64,000 bases of DNA from Candidatus Hermodarchaeota archaeon (GTDB lineage: Archaea; Asgardarchaeota; Thorarchaeia; Thorarchaeales; Thorarchaeaceae), in contig JBHLLF010000006.1 in NCBI GenBank assembly GCA_048885865.1, positions 63,306-127,305 of the forward strand, given 5' to 3'. Shown piece after piece: positions 59,401 to 64,000 of the stretch; within the stretch, counting starts at the first letter, position 1, and the number at the start of each line of letters is the position of its first letter. Both the position numbers and the translations under genes were made by a program. A model generated the notes under the pieces. The model did no database searches and was not told where the DNA came from. It worked only from the letters and a program-made list of their open reading frames with translations.

Positions 59401-60793
59401 CTTTGGAGGGCTTGGTGACGGATTTGACCTAGGAGGCGATGTTGGTGGAGGTTTCGGAAGCTTCCCTGCTTCAATGCAGGATGATGATTCCAACGACGAC
59501 GATTTATTGGGCGGCGGCTTCAGCCTTGGAGACCTCAGCGATCTCGGATCACTAACAGGATTGCTGGACTCTTTCCGAATGACAACATTTTCCGGTCTAT
59601 CGAATATCAAGAAGGAAATGGGTGCCAGAGGACTTGATCTAGTTGAAACTCCTGGGATGCCCATTGATGAAGCCCTCTTAACTCAGTTCTCAGCTGTATT
59701 CATGTTCAGTCCTACTGAGGAGTTCAACAGCACCGAAGTCAGCATACTTCGCAATTATACTGCTGATGGGGGCAAGTTACTTATTTTTGGAGATGTGGAC
59801 GGCAACGCCAATTTGACCGCCATAAACCAACTTCTTGCACCATTCGGCTATTCAATGCAAGGAGAGCATTCGCACGAGAACACAACGGATATTGTCCAAA
59901 GCTCATTCCTTGGTGCGGGGGTGGACTCCATCTGGCTCGGAGAAGGAACCTTCATCATGCAAAACCAATCACTAGCGTGTGCAAGGGTGATGGACAAATC
60001 AGTCGTACTGATTGACAGAACTAGACCAGAATTAGTACTCTTTGGTTCATCGAAAATCTTCATGAACAAGAATTTGGTCAAGAACAATAACAGCATCCTA
60101 TTAGACAACCTGAATGACTACTTGCTTCTTAACACATTGACTGGGGTGGCCAGCCTTTCAGAAGACACGACACGATATCCTGCGGGTCAGAGTGTGTATC
60201 TCAACCTCGATGTCACAGACTATTATGGAAATCCAGTGAATGACCTATTTGTTGCCATTGTATTCGAGCTCCCCAATGGCACTCTTGCTTTCTTTATCGC
60301 GGGCTTTGTTGGAAACGGTCTGTATTCATCACAATTCATTCCAACATACTGGAATGGTCCAGGTGTTGTCCACGGGATATTCATCATGCTAGGTGAGGAA
60401 GACTATGCCAACACCTATGCGGGGATAACCTTTGAATTGTATGAACCTGATGCAACCACACCTCCACCCGGCCCAGACGTACCTTTGACACTAGCACAAA
60501 TAGCTGCGATAGCATCAGTCAGCATTTTCCTTGCATTGATTGTGGGCCTCATCTACAATCGACGACGACAGAGCAAGAGGATGCGTATTGTTGAGATTGA
60601 CATGGAGCTTGTCCGAGAGATAGACACCTCTTTGAACACCCTTCTGGCTGCTTTCACTCAAATTGAGCTTCTGATTCAGAGAGAGGACTTAGACCGCCTC
60701 CAAAAGATAGAGGCATTAAGAGGCTTGATGGTCACAGTGGAAGAGGGACGCAGGCTGTTCGAAAAGGTCAGCGACAAGGTGGGAGGTGTGTAA
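56423..60793 (+). CDS. Large membrane-anchored S8 subtilase-like protein with CARDB/Ig and GIFT (GldG/IFT52-like) domains; catalytic Ser degenerate
   Basis: Signal peptide, prodomain, VLDTG, GHGT, FSGRGP, KPDLVAPG, DTTTASAS.VAG; LLDTSHG..FSPTEEF..EV..L..Y..DGGKLLI.GD..N..IN.LL.PFG; C-terminal TM and cytoplasmic tail. Confidence 0.8.
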   Translation: MTRVHQKRALVWSRLLACSMMALMLVSGIAGITPVGPQAAIRDPMSKIDSLLLNETDSEDSLDLLVTYDTAAGETKARNALAFLDKTAEVLDTFDELNMIRVKLVGRAISQLAEEDFITGIWSNEVQAISKPRSFSASSASSDEYASPVNTTGARQLWDQGYNGTGVVIAVLDTGVDTSHEDVNKVNAFASFVEADTLPTDIIGHGTYAASVAAGTGNMSNGVYAGIAPGATLLSAKVTLGGLFAAPSWIVSGIEWASSRGADIILLPFNTFGAPGDAVTLAVKEATEKGILVVAASGDDGPDYLTIMSPGGSAEALTVGAYDTAKQEIPDFSGRGPSLSFLTKPDLVAPGVGIVGARMGAGLGGLGFGGLDMGGLGDISGLLGGGFLGETIDENYTIADTTTASASIVAGAAAILMQAFDRATPLVLSNVLRDTATSIGYGANDGGAGLLNLPAAFEYLAARQTPIEPHNRTTGTPLLALGIVTASGTDASTILLMSSFGTTVAGLDTRAGQDTSIHIMMGMFALRWGNRDPTNLMEFAVKSEMHQVSLGSGDYGYSRYVGVLSYDDEIYTALVVESYNLTDYSDQPLTAFRVTPYILNLGLAPVDNVSLYLSYSLDIFGDGEDDHGKYDLNDEELFVYGVNENLDNFYFGLNSSIPLDGFEVGNSSEISSSVSNDNLTSSTTFDGSVGLAMKWDFGVLPINQPVNVTIAMGFGENRTVMDASIEAMWDLDPITTGAPADDLIVVEAEIPRIAQLGETYESKAIVMNIGWNVSDVTAAMVILHPEDDGSSLYGRIFSFDGVNPFQAVKMTADWSPEKMGMNTVYWVTAGNIDDALSLSTGSLLAGGLDLTAIIGLLDNFMMRDLFVVTPLSSSSVFPKDIPFAPFDIHFPADFGLYTFVVSTNVPLGNLTVQKHGNASDWGNTTLNSMDNVVGYYNFSLFLLAPPITIDGYHRCDYVIETDQGWTSNITLERVLEYPRAMMLLDTSHGGGLSFGGLGDGFDLGGDVGGGFGSFPASMQDDDSNDDDLLGGGFSLGDLSDLGSLTGLLDSFRMTTFSGLSNIKKEMGARGLDLVETPGMPIDEALLTQFSAVFMFSPTEEFNSTEVSILRNYTADGGKLLIFGDVDGNANLTAINQLLAPFGYSMQGEHSHENTTDIVQSSFLGAGVDSIWLGEGTFIMQNQSLACARVMDKSVVLIDRTRPELVLFGSSKIFMNKNLVKNNNSILLDNLNDYLLLNTLTGVASLSEDTTRYPAGQSVYLNLDVTDYYGNPVNDLFVAIVFELPNGTLAFFIAGFVGNGLYSSQFIPTYWNGPGVVHGIFIMLGEEDYANTYAGITFELYEPDATTPPPGPDVPLTLAQIAAIASVSIFLALIVGLIYNRRRQSKRMRIVEIDMELVREIDTSLNTLLAAFTQIELLIQREDLDRLQKIEALRGLMVTVEEGRRLFEKVSDKVGGV

Positions 60794-60794
60794 G

Positions 60795-61781
60795 ATGTCA
60801 GAAGAAGCTCCACATCCAGAGAGGGAAATTGACATCCAAGACCTAAAGGTGGCCTTTGGAGATTTCTACGCACTCAAGGGCGTATCATTCTATGCAAACA
60901 AGAAAGAGTTTCTCGGCATCATTGGAGCCTCAGGAGCCGGGAAGACAACTGTCCTTCGAGTGCTGACTGGCCAGATTAGCCCGACAGATGGAATGGCATA
61001 CGTGGGAGGATATGATGTCACAAGACAGGAGAAACTCATCAGCCTCCTAGTAGGATATGTGCCACAGTTGGAGCATCTGAGCCTCTATTATGATTTCACA
61101 GCAATACAGAATGCCGAGTTCTTTGGCCGATGCTTTGGCATGAGACCGAAGGAGATTGAGGCACGTGCTCGAAATATACTGGAAATCCTCGGATTTGACG
61201 AGGAGTTAATGACCAAGGCAGTAAAGCGTCTGTCAGGTGGCGAAAGAAAGAGGGTTTCAATCTGCCTTGGCATGATTCACGATCCGCCTGTGCTTTTGCT
61301 CGATGAGCCCACAACAGGCTTGGACGCGCACCTAAGACATGAAACCCTGAACTACCTGAAGGAGCTCAACTTTGAGCTTGGGACAACTATGGTGATTATA
61401 TCACACGACCTTGAAATTGTCGACTACTGCACTCGGGTGTGTCTGCTTGAACATGGACTTGTAAGCCAGTTTGGCACACCTGAGGAGCTCATCTCTACCC
61501 TCCCAGGAAGGGGAGAGAGCATCAGAGTTGTATTGCCATCGCTATCGCAGACAATTGTAGATCGATTGGCGACTGCGCCAGGTGTACAATTCACAGCCAT
61601 GGCAGGTAGAAACGCCATGAAGCTGTTCATCGACAATCCAAGCGATCAGATACTTCCGCTCATCAAAGTGATGAATCAGAGGAAGGTTCCCTTTGAAGAG
61701 ATATCCGTCGTAGAGGCGGACTTCTTTGACTATTTCCAAGTCAAACCTTGGAAGACAAAAACAGGAGAGAGTGCAACATGA
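60795..61781 (+). CDS. ABC exporter ATP-binding protein
   Basis: GASGAGKT, LSGGE, LLLDEPTTGLD, ISHD. Confidence 0.9.
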   Translation: MSEEAPHPEREIDIQDLKVAFGDFYALKGVSFYANKKEFLGIIGASGAGKTTVLRVLTGQISPTDGMAYVGGYDVTRQEKLISLLVGYVPQLEHLSLYYDFTAIQNAEFFGRCFGMRPKEIEARARNILEILGFDEELMTKAVKRLSGGERKRVSICLGMIHDPPVLLLDEPTTGLDAHLRHETLNYLKELNFELGTTMVIISHDLEIVDYCTRVCLLEHGLVSQFGTPEELISTLPGRGESIRVVLPSLSQTIVDRLATAPGVQFTAMAGRNAMKLFIDNPSDQILPLIKVMNQRKVPFEEISVVEADFFDYFQVKPWKTKTGESAT

Positions 61782-64000
61782 GACACAGAGATATTCTCTT
61801 GGCACTGGCATTTGTGTTGATTCTGGCTGGGCTATCGACGGTAGCAGAAGACCCGTCGGTACAACCTACAGCGATGTTACAACGAGGAGGCTCGGCTGCG
61901 CTCTCAGACCTTACGCCGTTTGACGTCGCGGAGGTATGGACTGAAGCAACAGCTTCCCAGGTCGTCGCTGTCGTCGTTGACAACTTCGATGCAGACGCTC
62001 TTGATGAGGTTGCGGTGGTCACACAGAATGCAACACTATACCTCTTTGATTCTGACAGTACACTGCTCTGGCGGCTTAATATCACTGACACTCCTTATGC
62101 GATGGTTTCTCTGGCCATCAATGCTGGCGGCGTGATGGAGTTGCTCATCGGCACAAGTAACGGCTTTCTTGTCATAGATTCAGGACAGAATATTCTCACT
62201 GATGTCACCTTGCCCAATGCGGCACGCGCAGTAGTGGGTGCTGATGTAGATGGAGACACTCTTGATGAAATCGTGGTAGGTTGTGACAACAATAGAGTCT
62301 TCGCATATGATGTGTCTGGCACCGAACTCTGGAGTCACCCTAGCAATGGGCAAGTTCGGGTTGTTGCTGCGGCGGACATCGACGCTGATGTGAACGATGA
62401 GATCCTAGCTGGTTCGGAGCTGGGCAGATTTTCCCTTCTGGACAACGGCGGAGGAGTCATCTTTGAGGTCACAGGACTATCACCAATTAGGAAGGTAGAC
62501 ACAGGCAACATCGATGGTGCTGGCGAGGATGAGGTCCTCTTTGGTGCTGCCAATGGAACTCTCTGGGTCTATACTGCAACCGGGGTATTCCAGTACTCAC
62601 GGGAAGTCGCCGGTGGGATAACTGCTCTTCAGGTAGCAGACATCATTGGTGGAGCAACAGCTGAGATAGCAATTGGCACCTCTGCAAATGAACTACGAGT
62701 GCTGGATAACACAGGCAGTCTTCTTTGGAACAGGAGCTTGGGAGGACGGGTTTCGGACATTGAGTTCTTGAACGTCGGTGGTTTGACTAATGACCAGGTT
62801 CTTGCTGGCAGTAATGATGGCGCTCTCACGTTATACAACGCCACTGGGAAGCTCATCTCTGAGACCGCTGTACCCGCATTCTCTGGAGCCATGCATTATG
62901 GTGACCTTGACAACAACGGGAAGGACGAGTTTGCTGCTGGCAGCAACGTCGGTCAGGTGGCATGCTATGGTCAAGACCAGGACAAGGACCGCCTGGCTGA
63001 CGCTCGAGAGACCCTCATAGAAGGCACTCAGTTCAACAATCCAGACTCTGACCTCGATAATTTGGACGATGGCGAAGAGGTTCTAGACTATGGAACAAAT
63101 CCCCTCGCACCAGATTCCGATTTTGACAAACTCAGCGACTTTGCTGAGGTCATCACCTATGGGACAGATCCCAATGAGCCGGATTCGGATCTTGATCTAC
63201 TGACGGATTGGCAAGAGATCTATCTCGGGACCGATCCCAATGCTGTGGACAGTGATCTCGACCAATTGGACGATTACGAGGAGAACAATATCACCCTGAC
63301 CGACCCCAACGAGGCGGACTCGAATGATAATGGCATTAACGACGCACAGGACGATAACGACGGGGATGGCCTCACCAATCTGCAGGAAGTACGACTCACC
63401 GAGACCGACCCCAATGATGTTGACTCATCTGTTCCTAAAAATGGCATATCCGATTATTATGATGACGAGGACTCCGATAACCTGGCTAACTGGAAGGAGA
63501 TTCAAGTTGGGTCAGATCCTCTTGATCCTGATTCCGACGATGATGGCCTTCTAGATGGCGCAGAAGTCAAGATACACAAATCGTCGCCAACTGATACAGA
63601 TACTGACAACGACGGCCTCAGCGATTGGGATGAGGTCAAAATCGTTGGCTCCAAGCCATATGACGCAGATTCCGACGATGATACACTGGACGATTACGAA
63701 GAGTACGTTGTCTACGGGACAAATGTCAATTTGGCAGATTCAGACTCTGATAATCTTGACGATGCTGAGGAAATTAACACCTACAACACAGATCCGTTGA
63801 ATCCAGACTCTGACTCGGACACTCTTTCCGACGGCGACGAAGTTCTGATCTATGATACTGACCCCAACTCCGCAGATTCTGATTTAGACTCGCTTGATGA
63901 TGCCGCAGAGATACTGACATACAACACGGATCCAAACCATAGAGATACTGATCGAGATACGGTTGACGACGGCAAGGAAATCCTGCAATATGGCACAAAT
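61778..64000 (+). CDS. Secreted FG-GAP/PQQ-like beta-propeller + thrombospondin type-3 (TSP3_bac) repeat protein, 3'-truncated
   Basis: Not in the ORF track. Open frame from ATG 61778 (ATGA overlap) to the window end: MRHRDILLALAFVLILAGLS..., about 8 D.D.D..DE blades, then DSD.D.L.D.EE...GTDP repeats. Confidence 0.85.
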   Translation, partial: MRHRDILLALAFVLILAGLSTVAEDPSVQPTAMLQRGGSAALSDLTPFDVAEVWTEATASQVVAVVVDNFDADALDEVAVVTQNATLYLFDSDSTLLWRLNITDTPYAMVSLAINAGGVMELLIGTSNGFLVIDSGQNILTDVTLPNAARAVVGADVDGDTLDEIVVGCDNNRVFAYDVSGTELWSHPSNGQVRVVAAADIDADVNDEILAGSELGRFSLLDNGGGVIFEVTGLSPIRKVDTGNIDGAGEDEVLFGAANGTLWVYTATGVFQYSREVAGGITALQVADIIGGATAEIAIGTSANELRVLDNTGSLLWNRSLGGRVSDIEFLNVGGLTNDQVLAGSNDGALTLYNATGKLISETAVPAFSGAMHYGDLDNNGKDEFAAGSNVGQVACYGQDQDKDRLADARETLIEGTQFNNPDSDLDNLDDGEEVLDYGTNPLAPDSDFDKLSDFAEVITYGTDPNEPDSDLDLLTDWQEIYLGTDPNAVDSDLDQLDDYEENNITLTDPNEADSNDNGINDAQDDNDGDGLTNLQEVRLTETDPNDVDSSVPKNGISDYYDDEDSDNLANWKEIQVGSDPLDPDSDDDGLLDGAEVKIHKSSPTDTDTDNDGLSDWDEVKIVGSKPYDADSDDDTLDDYEEYVVYGTNVNLADSDSDNLDDAEEINTYNTDPLNPDSDSDTLSDGDEVLIYDTDPNSADSDLDSLDDAAEILTYNTDPNHRDTDRDTVDDGKEILQYGTN
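62975..64000 (+). repeat. Coding tandem TSP3-like Ca-binding repeats (about 23 aa / 69 nt unit)
   Basis: Successive units such as DSDLDNLDDGEEVLDYGTNPLAP, DSDFDKLSDFAEVITYGTDPNEP and DSDSDTLSDGDEVLIYDTDPNSA. Confidence 0.85.

Noticed and set aside
60570-60793. Cytoplasmic tail of the S8-GIFT protein as a histidine-kinase DHp domain
   Set aside because: The helical hairpin pattern is similar, but there is no phospho-acceptor His and no HATPase domain, so kinase function is unsupported.
350-63998. Numerous short alternative-frame and antisense ORFs in the track (e.g. 8594-9106, 14256-14771, 19387-19872, 46228-46716, 61741-62091)
   Set aside because: They overlap well-supported genes and show no recognisable motifs; treated as shadow ORFs.
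62975-64000. Periodic ~69-nt repeats as a CRISPR array
   Set aside because: The repeats are degenerate at DNA level, conserved at protein level and lie in one open frame; no cas genes are present.
1-64000. Mobile elements, prophage or defence systems
   Set aside because: No transposase, integrase, terminal inverted repeats, capsid, restriction-modification or cas motifs were recognised.

Overview
Gene-dense archaeal chromosomal segment. It is almost certainly from an Asgard archaeon and resembles Thorarchaeota. That assignment is an inference from two Rab-like GTPase domains, a longin domain, two gelsolin-domain proteins, NosD/CASH surface proteins, GGTGA/GGAGG ribosome-binding sites and TATA promoters. 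Metabolic content: porGDAB, iorAB, galT-galK-GH38 mannosidase, nadB, a geranylgeranyl reductase, a NitT/TauT ABC importer, a DHH phosphoesterase and a TPP enzyme/ADH/SCP2/GDPD operon. I found no rRNA, tRNA, CRISPR array or mobile element. Four candidate systems stand out. (1) An operon encoding a Zn-finger protein, a longin domain, a 7+1+7 TM protein and a Rab-like GTPase, with twin palindromic operators at its promoter and a divergent gelsolin gene. (2) A cytosolic fusion of an FG-GAP beta-propeller, an Ig domain and a Rab domain, reminiscent of BBSome/KICSTOR subunits. (3) An ABC-exporter operon with a TrmB-sugar-domain-fused ATPase, a catalytically degenerate site-1-protease-like S8+GIFT membrane protein and an FG-GAP/TSP3 adhesin. 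(4) A triplet of TrmB-like regulators, plus a Whirly/PUR-like repeat protein abutting a degenerate Hef/FANCM-like helicase. All family assignments come from motif recognition by eye; no database searches were run.
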